This document shows, in pieces, positions 30,251 to 39,796 of a DNA stretch of 62,837 nucleotides. The first letter of the stretch is position 1. Each line of letters starts with the position of its first letter. The stretch is from Mobilitalea sp. (GTDB lineage Bacteria; Bacillota; Clostridia; Lachnospirales; Lachnospiraceae). Location of the stretch: positions 1-62,837 of the forward strand of contig JBASOB010000004.1 in NCBI GenBank assembly GCA_049657865.1, written 5' to 3'. The translations under genes were made by a program, and so were the position numbers. The notes below the pieces were generated by a model. It did not search any database. It was not told where the DNA came from and saw only the letters and a list, made by a program, of their open reading frames with translations.

Positions 30251-31330
30251 CTATTCATTGCTGTCATCTATCTCATCTTCCTCTAAATCCTCGTCGACTG
30301 CTTTTGTCTTCGCATGATGTGCCATAATAGCTTCTGTATGCAGTTTATAATGCTCCCTAACTTTTTGATCAATTTCCACCATTAGACCAGGATTTTGAAC
30401 AAAATACTCCTTCGCTGCCTCACGGCCTTGACCTATCTTTTCACCGTTAAAAGAATACCAGGCACCGCTCTTATTCACCAAATTAATCTCTACTGCTAAA
30501 TCAAGGACATCTCCTTCTCTTGAGATACCGGCACCATAGATGATATCAAATTCTGCTTCTCTAAAAGGTGGTGCTACTTTATTCTTCACTACTTTTATTC
30601 TGGTGCGATTACCGATTTTTTCTCCACCCTGTTTGATGATATCAATTTTCCTGACATCTAGGCGAACCGAGGCATAGAACTTTAACGCCTTGCCTCCTGT
30701 CGTTACCTCAGGGCTGCCGAACATGACGCCGATTTTATCACGAAGCTGGTTAATAAAGATAACGATACATTTCGATTTACCAACAAACGGTGTTAATTTT
30801 CTAAGTGCCTGTGACATGAGCCTTGCTTGTAGTCCCATATGGCTGTCGCCCATCTCACCGTCGATCTCGGCCTTCGGAACTAAGGCAGCAACAGAGTCGA
30901 TTACGATAATATCAATTGCATTCGAACGTACCATAGTTTCTGTAATATCTAATGCCTGCTCACCGGTATCCGGCTGTGAAATATATAATTCATCGGTATT
31001 GACACCAATTCTTTTCGCATATTTTGGATCAAGCGCATGTTCTGCATCAATAAATGCAGCGATTCCGCCTCTTTTCTGGACTTCGGCTATCATATGAAGG
31101 GCAACCGTCGTTTTACCACTGGATTCTGGACCATATACTTCTATCATTCTTCCTTTGGGTATTCCCCCAACGCCTAATGCAATATCAAGACTAAGTGAGC
31201 CGGTTGGAACTGTTTCTACTTCTCCCCATGCATTATCATCACCAAAGCGCATTATTGATCCTTTGCCATATTCCTTTGTTATCTTAACGATTGCATTATC
31301 TAATGCTCTTTGTTTTCCTTCATTGATCAT
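30251..31330 (-). CDS. recA: Recombinase A
   Basis: [62 protein letters not shown] 31330 preferred (31351 also possible). Confidence 0.97.
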   Translation of the reverse strand: MINEGKQRALDNAIVKITKEYGKGSIMRFGDDNAWGEVETVPTGSLSLDIALGVGGIPKGRMIEVYGPESSGKTTVALHMIAEVQKRGGIAAFIDAEHALDPKYAKRIGVNTDELYISQPDTGEQALDITETMVRSNAIDIIVIDSVAALVPKAEIDGEMGDSHMGLQARLMSQALRKLTPFVGKSKCIVIFINQLRDKIGVMFGSPEVTTGGKALKFYASVRLDVRKIDIIKQGGEKIGNRTRIKVVKNKVAPPFREAEFDIIYGAGISREGDVLDLAVEINLVNKSGAWYSFNGEKIGQGREAAKEYFVQNPGLMVEIDQKVREHYKLHTEAIMAHHAKTKAVDEDLEEDEIDDSNE

Positions 31331-31513
31331 TGAATTACCAATTCCTCTCATATTACATTATTGAATAGCAGAAAACACCATCGATGAACGATCTATTGCC
31401 TTTATAAAAAGAAACCGACTCACTTTTTATTCTGCGAAACGGTCTCTTATGCTGATTTCTATTTGTCGTCAGTTCGTGCAGAAGAAAGCTTGAAGCATTC
31501 TTACTACCATATT

Positions 31514-31542
31514 ATTATAGCACAATCAGAACATATGTTCAA
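31514..31542 (-). promoter_or_regulatory. recA sigma-A promoter overlapped by a LexA (SOS) box
   Basis: TTGAAC-17 bp-TATAAT with TGn extension; GAAC-ATAT-GTTC (31529-31540) matches the Firmicutes GAAC-N4-GTTC box. Confidence 0.88.
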
Positions 31543-31579
31543 TAGCAATTTTCTTCTTTTAACTTTTCTTTTTTCTTCT

Positions 31580-31864
31580 TTATTTAAAGAAAAGTTCAAT
31601 TGTTGATATACAGCCTTTAATATTTACCGTGCTGTTTTCAAATGCCATGGGAACAATCAATCGATCATCATAGTCTACGTCTGCCACAAATATCTCACCA
31701 TCTTTTCCGGCAATGTAATTAAGTGACGAATCAGAATCAGATAGATACAGCGTCTTGCTATCTTTCCACTTGCCCTTTACTTTTCTTTTTTTAAGACGAT
31801 ATTCTTTCGGCATTGCTACTTTCCCATTATGAACATTACTCTTTGTTTCACCTATCACAAACAT
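31580..31864 (-). CDS. Small MraZ-like (double AbrB/SpoVT repeat) protein
   Basis: IGE....NGKVAMPKEYR and DVDYDDRLIVP...VNIKG....IELF echo the two MraZ repeats; GGAGGG before ATG 31864. Confidence 0.5.
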   Translation of the reverse strand: MFVIGETKSNVHNGKVAMPKEYRLKKRKVKGKWKDSKTLYLSDSDSSLNYIAGKDGEIFVADVDYDDRLIVPMAFENSTVNIKGCISTIELFFK

Positions 31865-32077
31865 CTTATTCCCTCCACTGAACAATCTTACTGTTATTTT
31901 AGCAAATAATAATCCACTTTGTAAGTAAAATCAGTGGTTTAATATTAACTTTAGTACTTTTTACTTCTTTAAATATTTCAAATATCACATGCAATGGTAA
32001 AATTATTATGTAAATTCATTCGTTATAATAACCGCATACTCTATGGGTTACGTGTCTTCTAAATTTACTTCCGTATT

Positions 32078-32117
32078 AAATATAAAGCGACAATCGTAAG
32101 ATTGTCGCTTTATATTT
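32078..32117 (-). terminator. Terminator closing the BMC operon
   Basis: AAATATAAAGCGACAATC-GTAA-GATTGTCGCTTTATATTT. Confidence 0.85.
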
Positions 32118-32145
32118 TTAATTTCTATATTTCATGTAACATTAT

Positions 32146-33309
32146 CTATCTACATGCTAGTTCATAGATTGCAATAACTTCTTCTTTTGTTGGCTGAACT
32201 GGGTTTGCAGGCATGCAAGTATCTGCTAAAGATAACTCTGACAATGATATAAAATCTTCTTTCTTGACATTAAATCCTTTAAAGGTTTTTGGAATCTCCA
32301 GACGTTTGCAAAGGTTTATAATAAATTCAACACAAGCTTTTGTTGCTTGCGATGGTGACATTTTCTCATTTTCTTTGATATCAAGCGCAGCAGCGATCAG
32401 CTTGAATCTCTTTTGTACTTCAGGTGACTTTCCGTTAAACTCCATAACATAGGGAAGTAATATCGCATTGCAGATACCATGGGGCAGATTATAAAAACCA
32501 CCTAAGGAATGTGCCATCGCATGCACCATGCCAAGCCCGCCATTAGAGAATGCCATTCCTGCGGTATATTGAGCATAAGACATCATATTTCTTCCCTCTA
32601 TGTCTTGTCCATCTTCTACCACTCGGGGAAGATACTCCTTAATTATTTTAATCGCCCACAATGCATCTTTGTCGGTCAAAGGTGTTGCGTCACGTGCAAG
32701 CACTGCTTCTATGGCATGGGTCATTGCATCCATTCCCGTAGAAGCCGTTAATTTTTTGGGCATTGACATCATAAAATTAGAATCATTGACTGCAATACTT
32801 ACCATACAATTCGTATCTACCATAACCATTTTGGAATGTGTTCTTGGATTTGTAACTACATAAAAGGCAGTTACTTCTGATCCAGTTCCAGCTGTAGTAC
32901 TTACTGCGACGATTGGAATTGCAGGCTTTGTAGATTGATTTACACCTTCAAAATCTTCAATATTCCCACCATTGCTATGTAGAATTCCAACCGCTTTCGC
33001 AGTATCAATGGCAGAGCCTCCACCTACTGCAACTAAAAAATCAACCTCTAGTGTCTTGGCTGCAACAGCACATTCACGAATAACATCAGTGGTTGGATTA
33101 GGCAATACTTTATAGTAAATCGCATATTCTATTCCGGCCTTTATAAGTTCATCGCCCACTAGTGTAGCAGTTCCAGACTCATATTGAAACTGGTCCGTAA
33201 CAATTAATGCCCGTTTTAAATTTCTTTTTTTTAGCTCTTCTGGAAGCCTGCAAATGGAACCCTTTCCAAAGAAACTTGTTGCAACTGCGTTAACTCTTTG
33301 TATCTCCAT
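32146..33309 (-). CDS. Iron-containing alcohol dehydrogenase
   Basis: GGGSAID, TTAGTGSE, GMDAMTHAIE, VHAMAH, HGICNA. Confidence 0.93.
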   Translation of the reverse strand: MEIQRVNAVATSFFGKGSICRLPEELKKRNLKRALIVTDQFQYESGTATLVGDELIKAGIEYAIYYKVLPNPTTDVIRECAVAAKTLEVDFLVAVGGGSAIDTAKAVGILHSNGGNIEDFEGVNQSTKPAIPIVAVSTTAGTGSEVTAFYVVTNPRTHSKMVMVDTNCMVSIAVNDSNFMMSMPKKLTASTGMDAMTHAIEAVLARDATPLTDKDALWAIKIIKEYLPRVVEDGQDIEGRNMMSYAQYTAGMAFSNGGLGMVHAMAHSLGGFYNLPHGICNAILLPYVMEFNGKSPEVQKRFKLIAAALDIKENEKMSPSQATKACVEFIINLCKRLEIPKTFKGFNVKKEDFISLSELSLADTCMPANPVQPTKEEVIAIYELACR

Positions 33310-33320
33310 TTACTGCCTCC

Positions 33321-34070
33321 CTAAAACTCAATATTCCGATAATTTTTTGGATCAATTCTCTTAAGAATCATCATTTCCTCACTCGTAGGCAATGGGGTCA
33401 TAGCTAATTCGTCATATTTTATTTTAAAACCTGTGTTAGCTATCACTTCCTCTAAGCTAGAAGTCGGATGAATGGTATCTAGTACAAGCTCTCCATTAAC
33501 AAATTTAAATACACACAAGGGTGTTACAATCCGGTCAATATTCCCTCTTGTTGTAACAAAATCAACTTTTTCGACAAAAGTTCTTGTATCATGTTTCGTA
33601 CGCCAAATAATTGCTCTCTTTGCGGTAGGAATTAGCACTGCACTTCCTGCTCCTCCTGGCATGCGAACCTTAGGTTTATGGTAATCGCCAATGACAGATG
33701 CATTCACATTGCCATGAACGTCAAACTGAATACCGCTTAAAAAGGCAACGTCGAGTTCTCCTCTCATCGCAAGGTCAAACACCTCCGCCAAAGGGAATTC
33801 AGCAACGCAATTTTCTAATAATTCTGCTCCCGCACTTGTATACTTTTGTAGAGCTCGCGGTTTGGGATCCACTCCCCCCGGAATATTTAAATGTACTGCA
33901 TTCGGAGCACTAAGGGATTTCGCCAACATCAAGGCAATCATAGGCATATGTGAAGAAACACCATGAAATACTTTTTCTTTATTATGTATCAAACGTGACA
34001 TTGCACAAATCATAATATCTGCTATTTCTACCTTACTATCGTTATTCTTACCCGGCGCTAAATAAGTCAT
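33321..34070 (-). CDS. Family I CoA-transferase-fold beta subunit (GctB/AibB-like); catalytic Glu apparently absent
   Basis: QFDVHGNVN..VIGDYHKPKVRMPGGAG and FVEKVDFVT; NIPGG occupies the position of the usual xESG motif. Confidence 0.75.
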   Translation of the reverse strand: MTYLAPGKNNDSKVEIADIMICAMSRLIHNKEKVFHGVSSHMPMIALMLAKSLSAPNAVHLNIPGGVDPKPRALQKYTSAGAELLENCVAEFPLAEVFDLAMRGELDVAFLSGIQFDVHGNVNASVIGDYHKPKVRMPGGAGSAVLIPTAKRAIIWRTKHDTRTFVEKVDFVTTRGNIDRIVTPLCVFKFVNGELVLDTIHPTSSLEEVIANTGFKIKYDELAMTPLPTSEEMMILKRIDPKNYRNIEF

Positions 34071-34082
34071 TTCGTTTCCTCC

Positions 34083-34895
34083 TTATCCTCGATAATCATC
34101 CACTTTATATTTTTCAAGATATTCATCTAATCCATCTTTATCTTTAATTGCTTTGAACTCATTTAAACTGCTGCGGTCAATATTATACTTGGATGCACAG
34201 GAACATGGTGCTGCTCCTTTCGGAGCGTGAACTACAGCCTCCACCAGGAAATGCGGAATATCTGCTTTATCCTGTGAGTATGCAAATCTAGTTTCCGGTA
34301 CAATCGCCTCAGCAGAGATAATTATTTTCTTACCGGCTCTAGAGAACAGGACATCCTCGAATTTAGGTCCAACAATTCTTGCATTACCATTGATATCCGC
34401 CTCTTGCACATGTAAAATCACAACATCCGGCCTAATTGCCTTAACTACCGTTATCATTTCGTTCGAAAAAGGATCTTGTATCCTGGTAAAGTAGTCATTC
34501 GCATCAATTAAGTCACTAATCTGTAATCCTCTGACCGGCATAAAAGGAATCCCTGCACTTGCTGCGCGAAGAGACGAGATTACCGTATAACAGGCATGTT
34601 CATTTCCTTTGACCAATCCACTTTGCACTGCTTTTCTGTAATGTCCGGCAAGTGAATATTCCGTCTCATAACTTATGAATCCCGCGTCAACACTACTGAC
34701 GCATTCTGCCAAACATAATAAATCAACGTCCATAGCACCCGCTGTCTTAATAAGATGCAATGCTTTCTTTTTTTGTCGTGCTATCTCTCGAACCAATGCC
34801 ATAGGTGCACGGTGTAAAACATTACCGCCTATTCCAACGATATCATTATCATGAATTAATTCCACCGCTTGTGTGAGTGACATTAACTTGCTCAT
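34083..34895 (-). CDS. Family I CoA-transferase-fold alpha subunit (GctA-like)
   Basis: SKLMSL..AV, HRAPMALVRE, LRAASAGIPFMP, PDVVILHVQEAD..GN; AAAGGAG before ATG 34895. Confidence 0.82.
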   Translation of the reverse strand: MSKLMSLTQAVELIHDNDIVGIGGNVLHRAPMALVREIARQKKKALHLIKTAGAMDVDLLCLAECVSSVDAGFISYETEYSLAGHYRKAVQSGLVKGNEHACYTVISSLRAASAGIPFMPVRGLQISDLIDANDYFTRIQDPFSNEMITVVKAIRPDVVILHVQEADINGNARIVGPKFEDVLFSRAGKKIIISAEAIVPETRFAYSQDKADIPHFLVEAVVHAPKGAAPCSCASKYNIDRSSLNEFKAIKDKDGLDEYLEKYKVDDYRG

Positions 34896-34914
34896 TATTT
34901 CTCCTTTCATCTAA

Positions 34915-36246
34915 TTATTTTGCTATATTACAGGCTATTTGAATCGCATCCCAAACTCCTGCGAAAGGTGGTGCGTAGACAAGATCTGTCATTCCCAATT
35001 CGTCTGTAGTCATACCGGCATGTATCGCAACTGCAAATACATCAATTCTCATCACAGCGCCTTTTTCACCACAGGCTTGCGCACCTAGTATCTTCCTTGT
35101 TCCTTCTTCATATATTAATTTAATTGTAATTGGAGTTGGATTCGGATAATAAGCTGGGTGATCATTTGCCTGTACAACGATTGCTTTATATCTTTTCTGT
35201 AAACGTTTTGCCTCGCCTTCACCAAGACCAGTCCGGCCAAGTTCAATATTACATACCTTTATTGCGGCAGAACCCAAGGCACCGATAAATTTTTGATGTT
35301 CTCCTGCTATGTTTGCTCCAGCTATTCGTCCACATTTATTTGCAACTGTTCCAAGTGCTAAAAAGCTGTCTTCCTCCATTGCCTCATTGTAAACAAGGAT
35401 GCAATCGCCAGCCGAATATATATCCTCAATTGAAGTTCTGAGTTCTCTGTCTACTAATATGGCCCCATTTTTCGCCATACGAATACCTGTTTCCTTCATA
35501 AATGCTGTATTTGGACGAATACCAATCGCTATAATCACTAAATCTGTATCATAGATTCCTTTATCCGTTTCAATTTGACTTACCGAAGTCGTTCCATGAA
35601 ATGCTTTCACCTTTTCGCCTAAATGTATTTTTACGCCATGTCTGTTTAATTCTTCTGTGGCTAAACAAGTTAATTCTTCATCAAAAGGAGTCAAAATCCG
35701 ATCCGCTGCTTCTATTAAACGTACTTCTTTTCCAATATTTAAGAAGGCTTCTGCGCATTCAATACCTATGTATCCACCACCGACTATCGTCACCTTTTTA
35801 ATACTTGGTGTTGCCGCATAATCCTTTAAGAAAATCCCATCCTCTAACGTTTTTAAAACATGAACACCCATCAGGTTTACACCAGGAAACGGTGGCACAA
35901 TTGCTGTTGCTCCGGTAGCAACCATAAGTTTATCGTATTTATCAATAAACATCGTTCCGTTTTTTAAATCTTTAACAAATACCTGTTTCTTTTCTGTATC
36001 CACTTTCACTACTTCATGATATAAATTCGTTATAATTCCTGTTTTCGAAAACTGTTCCTGCGTACGCGCTATCATACGACGATAATCATCGTTAAAACCG
36101 CCTACATAATAAGGAAGCCCGCAAGCGCCATAGGAAAGGAACCCACCTTTTTCATAGACAACAACTTCTGCTGTTCTGTCCATTCTGGCAATTTTGGAAG
36201 CTGCTGACATACCTGCTGCTACTCCACCAATAATAATCACTCTCAT
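34915..36246 (-). CDS. CoA-disulfide reductase-like FAD/NAD(P)H oxidoreductase
   Basis: GGVAAGMSAA, SYGACGLPY (single redox Cys42), GGGYIG, HPAYYP, YAPPF; no rhodanese domain. Confidence 0.82.
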   Translation of the reverse strand: MRVIIIGGVAAGMSAASKIARMDRTAEVVVYEKGGFLSYGACGLPYYVGGFNDDYRRMIARTQEQFSKTGIITNLYHEVVKVDTEKKQVFVKDLKNGTMFIDKYDKLMVATGATAIVPPFPGVNLMGVHVLKTLEDGIFLKDYAATPSIKKVTIVGGGYIGIECAEAFLNIGKEVRLIEAADRILTPFDEELTCLATEELNRHGVKIHLGEKVKAFHGTTSVSQIETDKGIYDTDLVIIAIGIRPNTAFMKETGIRMAKNGAILVDRELRTSIEDIYSAGDCILVYNEAMEEDSFLALGTVANKCGRIAGANIAGEHQKFIGALGSAAIKVCNIELGRTGLGEGEAKRLQKRYKAIVVQANDHPAYYPNPTPITIKLIYEEGTRKILGAQACGEKGAVMRIDVFAVAIHAGMTTDELGMTDLVYAPPFAGVWDAIQIACNIAK

Positions 36247-36254
36247 AATTGACC

Positions 36255-37376
36255 TCATTCCATCCTATTGATTCTTTGTTGCGCATCTTTCATTGCCTTA
36301 GCCGATGATTTTTTACCTGCAAAGGCCATGGTAATTTCGTCATATAGTATGCTGTTTTTACTACCAGCGGATTTAATATTGGGAATTGGTTTTGCTTTTT
36401 CGATCATTTGAAGTTGGCAGGCATACCAAGGATATTGTTCCATACCCTCATTGTAACTTTGCTTCCGTACAGGTGCTCCGCTGCATGCTCCAGCGATTTT
36501 ATCGATACGGGGTGAGCGTAAAAACCGTAATAATTCATTCGCTTTTTCTTTGTTTTTGCTGTTTGCACTAATTGCGAAAGACCAGGTAACATTCCATGCT
36601 GTGTCAAAGGTTGCGAAGCCTAAATCGTTTTGTTCTAGACATTTCTCATTATATATCGCTCCAATTTGTCCGCTCCACGTTACTGCCATTGCGCTCTTCT
36701 TCATCTGTATTACTTGTGCTATCTGTTCATTTCCAAAGGTATCTGTATCTAGTGCTGCATATTTTCTTAACTCACAATATCGTTCCAATCCATTTATTAC
36801 TCCTGGATTATCACATATTGCCTCTAAGGTATTTGGATCATAAACCTCTTGACCACCCATTCGTAGAAAGGGTATTGCATCTGTAAATATTTCAGACGGA
36901 TGTGCCTTCATCGCAACTGCAGTCATTTCCTTGTTGCAACCAATTTTAGCTGCCGTTCTAAAATATTCCTCTGCAGATATTACATTATTAAAAATTTTAC
37001 CAATCTTTTTTTCAAGAATACTTTTACGATAAACAATCATATGTCCATCACAAAAAGACGGTGATAAATAATTTTTATTTTTATATTTCATTTCCTGTGC
37101 AATTACAGGTAAAATATCTTCTTCTTCAAATTCAATCGGTTCTAGATAGCCTTTATTGACAAAATCACTCATCCATAAATGTCCCGCAATCATGATTACA
37201 TCATAATCAGCTCTCCCGTCAAATACCTTCAACATTGTTTCATAATACTCTGCCCAAGGTACTACATCAAATTGAACCTCCTCACTAAACTGTTCTAAAA
37301 GATTTAGTCGTTTATCAACATATACTGCCACGGCAGGATCTGCCACGGCTAATACCTTTATTACTGTATCGCTCAT
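36255..37376 (-). CDS. Solute-binding-protein fold without signal peptide (probably cytoplasmic)
   Basis: YDVIMI, GYLEP, YRKSIL, AMAVTWS, WSFAISANSKNKEKA..LL.FL are SBP family-1 motifs; no hydrophobic N-terminus or lipobox. Confidence 0.7.
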   Translation of the reverse strand: MSDTVIKVLAVADPAVAVYVDKRLNLLEQFSEEVQFDVVPWAEYYETMLKVFDGRADYDVIMIAGHLWMSDFVNKGYLEPIEFEEEDILPVIAQEMKYKNKNYLSPSFCDGHMIVYRKSILEKKIGKIFNNVISAEEYFRTAAKIGCNKEMTAVAMKAHPSEIFTDAIPFLRMGGQEVYDPNTLEAICDNPGVINGLERYCELRKYAALDTDTFGNEQIAQVIQMKKSAMAVTWSGQIGAIYNEKCLEQNDLGFATFDTAWNVTWSFAISANSKNKEKANELLRFLRSPRIDKIAGACSGAPVRKQSYNEGMEQYPWYACQLQMIEKAKPIPNIKSAGSKNSILYDEITMAFAGKKSSAKAMKDAQQRINRME

Positions 37377-37527
37377 AAGATTTTCTTTCCTTTCTATCGC
37401 GAACAGGCAGAACCCAATAAAACTGTTCGTTTATCAAGAACCTTCATTATCATTAATAATTTCTTTAATTCTTAATACAAAGGGCTGCCCTTATGATAAA
37501 GTCAGCCCTGTTTATTTTATGTCAGTT

Positions 37528-37782
37528 CTATACTTGAGGTGGCGCATCTACGATTCCAACTACAAGAGCATCAATCGGTGCAGACCTTTCTAATGCATAC
37601 TGCGTTGTGTTATCTGTAGTTACTAATACTAACTCTCCAACTCCCGCACCAAGGGAATCAGCTGCCACAAAAATCTCTGCTTTGTTTCCATAATATGGTT
37701 CAATCAAAAGCAATCTATAACCAACAAGATTACTACATTTTCGTGTAGAAACGATTGTACCCTTTACTGTACCTAAAATCAT
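37528..37782 (-). CDS. eutN: BMC pentamer/vertex protein (EutN/CcmL)
   Basis: G.V.G.IVSTRK, VAADSLGAGVGELVLV, PIDALVVGIVD. Confidence 0.93.
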   Translation of the reverse strand: MILGTVKGTIVSTRKCSNLVGYRLLLIEPYYGNKAEIFVAADSLGAGVGELVLVTTDNTTQYALERSAPIDALVVGIVDAPPQV

Positions 37783-37799
37783 ACTGCTCACCTTCTCTG

Positions 37800-38456
37800 C
37801 TATTTCTGTTTATCACTGATTATTGACACTATTTGTCCTGGTTGGATTTGAAAGGCATTTGCATCATCTGTATCGATATGACAGTCTAAGGAATATTTAT
37901 TGCTAACGCGTATACTTACATTGTGCAAAATACCACCCTTGTCGCCATGGACTAACAGATTAACCTTCTGTCCATCCTGAACATTAAAGTTTCTTGCATC
38001 TTCCGGTGTCATATGTATATGCCTGTCCGTAATAATAACACCTTCTAAAATGGTGATTTCACCTTGCGGACCACGAATTGTAATTCCTAATGATCCCTTC
38101 GTATCCCCTGAGGTTCTTACCGGCGGTTTCAATCCAATACTTCTTGCATCTGTCATCGCCACTTCCACCTGAGTATGAGGGCGCTCCGGTCCAAGAATCC
38201 TTACTTTCGAAATCATCCCTTTGGGTCCAATCAAATCTACTGTTTCCGTTGCAGCAAATTGTCCAGGTTGGCTTAATGGTTTCAACGGTGTCAGATGATA
38301 CCCTTTACCAAACAATATCTCAACATGATTTCTTTCCAAATGTAAATGCCTTGCAGAGATGCTCACTGGTACATCTGTTTTCGGTGCACAGAATTTTTCT
38401 AGGTTTTGAATTACCAGCCTTGTAACTTGCTCTACCAGTTCTATATTATAGCTCAT
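37800..38456 (-). CDS. pduL: Phosphotransacylase PduL with N-terminal encapsulation peptide
   Basis: ISARHLHL, LSQPGQFA, VRILGP.R, RHIHM, HIDTDDANA; N-terminal IELVEQVTRLVIQNL amphipathic helix. Confidence 0.93.
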   Translation of the reverse strand: MSYNIELVEQVTRLVIQNLEKFCAPKTDVPVSISARHLHLERNHVEILFGKGYHLTPLKPLSQPGQFAATETVDLIGPKGMISKVRILGPERPHTQVEVAMTDARSIGLKPPVRTSGDTKGSLGITIRGPQGEITILEGVIITDRHIHMTPEDARNFNVQDGQKVNLLVHGDKGGILHNVSIRVSNKYSLDCHIDTDDANAFQIQPGQIVSIISDKQK

Positions 38457-38503
38457 ATTCGTAACCTCTTCTTAATTCTTTCCTAAGTAATACCACACAT
38501 TAA

Positions 38504-38830
38504 TTATTTGATATTAGGAAGTATCGATCCAACACCGGTGTGTGGTCTTGGTATTACATGTACTGCTACCAATTCGCCAAGTCTTGATGCAGCTTCTTGT
38601 CCAGCTTCTGTTGCTGCCTTAACGGCACCTACATCTCCTTGAACCATAACTGTTACTAATCCTGAACCAATCTTCTCTGTTCCAACAAGTTCAACATCTG
38701 CTGCTTTTAACATCGTATCTGCTGCTTCTATTGCTGCAATCAAGCCTCTTGTTTCTATCATTCCTAATGCTTGCATTCCTGTTCTATTTGCTTTTACTAC
38801 TGCTTTTGTTTCTGTATTGTCTACTGCCAT
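38504..38830 (-). CDS. BMC-H shell protein (PduA/EutM-like) with short N-terminal extension
   Basis: ALGMIETRG...[28 protein letters not shown]. Confidence 0.93.
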   Translation of the reverse strand: MAVDNTETKAVVKANRTGMQALGMIETRGLIAAIEAADTMLKAADVELVGTEKIGSGLVTVMVQGDVGAVKAATEAGQEAASRLGELVAVHVIPRPHTGVGSILPNIK

Positions 38831-38849
38831 TTTGTGTTCCACCTTTCTA

Positions 38850-39146
38850 TTAACAAATTAAATTAAGAAGTTTTATTATTTCCGGATGTGGGTTGTTAAT
38901 TACAAATGCAACCTTCACATTAGCTTCACCAACAATATCTTTTGCTGCATTTGCTGCTTCAATCGCTTCATTGACAGATGAGGTCTCACCTGCCACTATA
39001 CTATGTACCATTCTGCCGCCTAACGTTTTATGACAACTAACAATTTCTATATCAGCTGCTTTCATCATCGCGTCTAAAACAACGATTGAATTAGTAAAAA
39101 AATTCACTTCAATGATTCCTATTGCATTCATTTTCATATTGCTCAC
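38850..39146 (-). CDS. Divergent BMC-H shell protein
   Basis: AIGIIEV...DAMMKAADI...GGR......GE.SSV..AI...VINNPH. Confidence 0.85.
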   Translation of the reverse strand: MSNMKMNAIGIIEVNFFTNSIVVLDAMMKAADIEIVSCHKTLGGRMVHSIVAGETSSVNEAIEAANAAKDIVGEANVKVAFVINNPHPEIIKLLNLIC

Positions 39147-39154
39147 AGCCTTTA

Positions 39155-39427
39155 TTACTTAATTCCAGGAAGGATTTTAATAATATCGTTATGTGGTCTT
39201 GGTATTACATGAACTGCAACTACTTCACCGAATCTTGAAGCTGCTTCTTGTCCTGATTCGGTTGCTGCTTTTACTGCGCCAACTTCACCCTTGATAATAA
39301 CCGTTACTAATCCAGAACCTATCTTTTCTGTTCCTACTAATTCTACATCCGCTGCCTTAAGCATAGCATCTGCTGCTTCGATGGATGCTGTTAATCCTCT
39401 TGTTTCAATCATACCGATTGCTGACAT
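39155..39427 (-). CDS. BMC-H shell protein (PduA/EutM-like)
   Basis: [40 protein letters not shown] before ATG 39427. Confidence 0.94.
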   Translation of the reverse strand: MSAIGMIETRGLTASIEAADAMLKAADVELVGTEKIGSGLVTVIIKGEVGAVKAATESGQEAASRFGEVVAVHVIPRPHNDIIKILPGIK

Positions 39428-39449
39428 AATTTTATCCTCCAATATTCTT

Positions 39450-39782
39450 TCATGTTGATAGTTTCGATTGCGTATTAAACTTAACTTTTGATATTCTTGC
39501 TAATTGATCAACTCCAGCATATGGTAAATCTATTACTGCCGTTATGATATCTTTTTCATCATTAAACCTAAGGGCGGCTTCCTTTGCAACTTCAACTGCG
39601 ACTTTTACATCAGAAATGCTTCCTTCAAATTTAACTTGTGCTGTTAATGGAATAAATGAGTTCGTATCTTTAGGGTTAATGGTATCAATACCCAGAATTT
39701 TGATATCGGTAGCTTTACATGCCTTATCCATTGCATATAATAACGCACCATATCCTGCACATTCTAAAAATCCAATTGCCAT
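39450..39782 (-). CDS. Divergent BMC-H shell protein
   Basis: MAIGFLEC.G.....[11 protein letters not shown]...[13 protein letters not shown]...VIDLP; AAGGAGG before ATG 39782 (the ORF-track extension is spurious). Confidence 0.8.
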   Translation of the reverse strand: MAIGFLECAGYGALLYAMDKACKATDIKILGIDTINPKDTNSFIPLTAQVKFEGSISDVKVAVEVAKEAALRFNDEKDIITAVIDLPYAGVDQLARISKVKFNTQSKLST

Positions 39783-39796
39783 TTCAACTCCCCTCC

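Noticed and set aside
37481..37509. Hairpin AGGGCTG...CAGCCCT between eutN and the SBP-like gene as a terminator
   Set aside because: Imperfect stem with a weak U-tract; it may attenuate the tail module but cannot be called.
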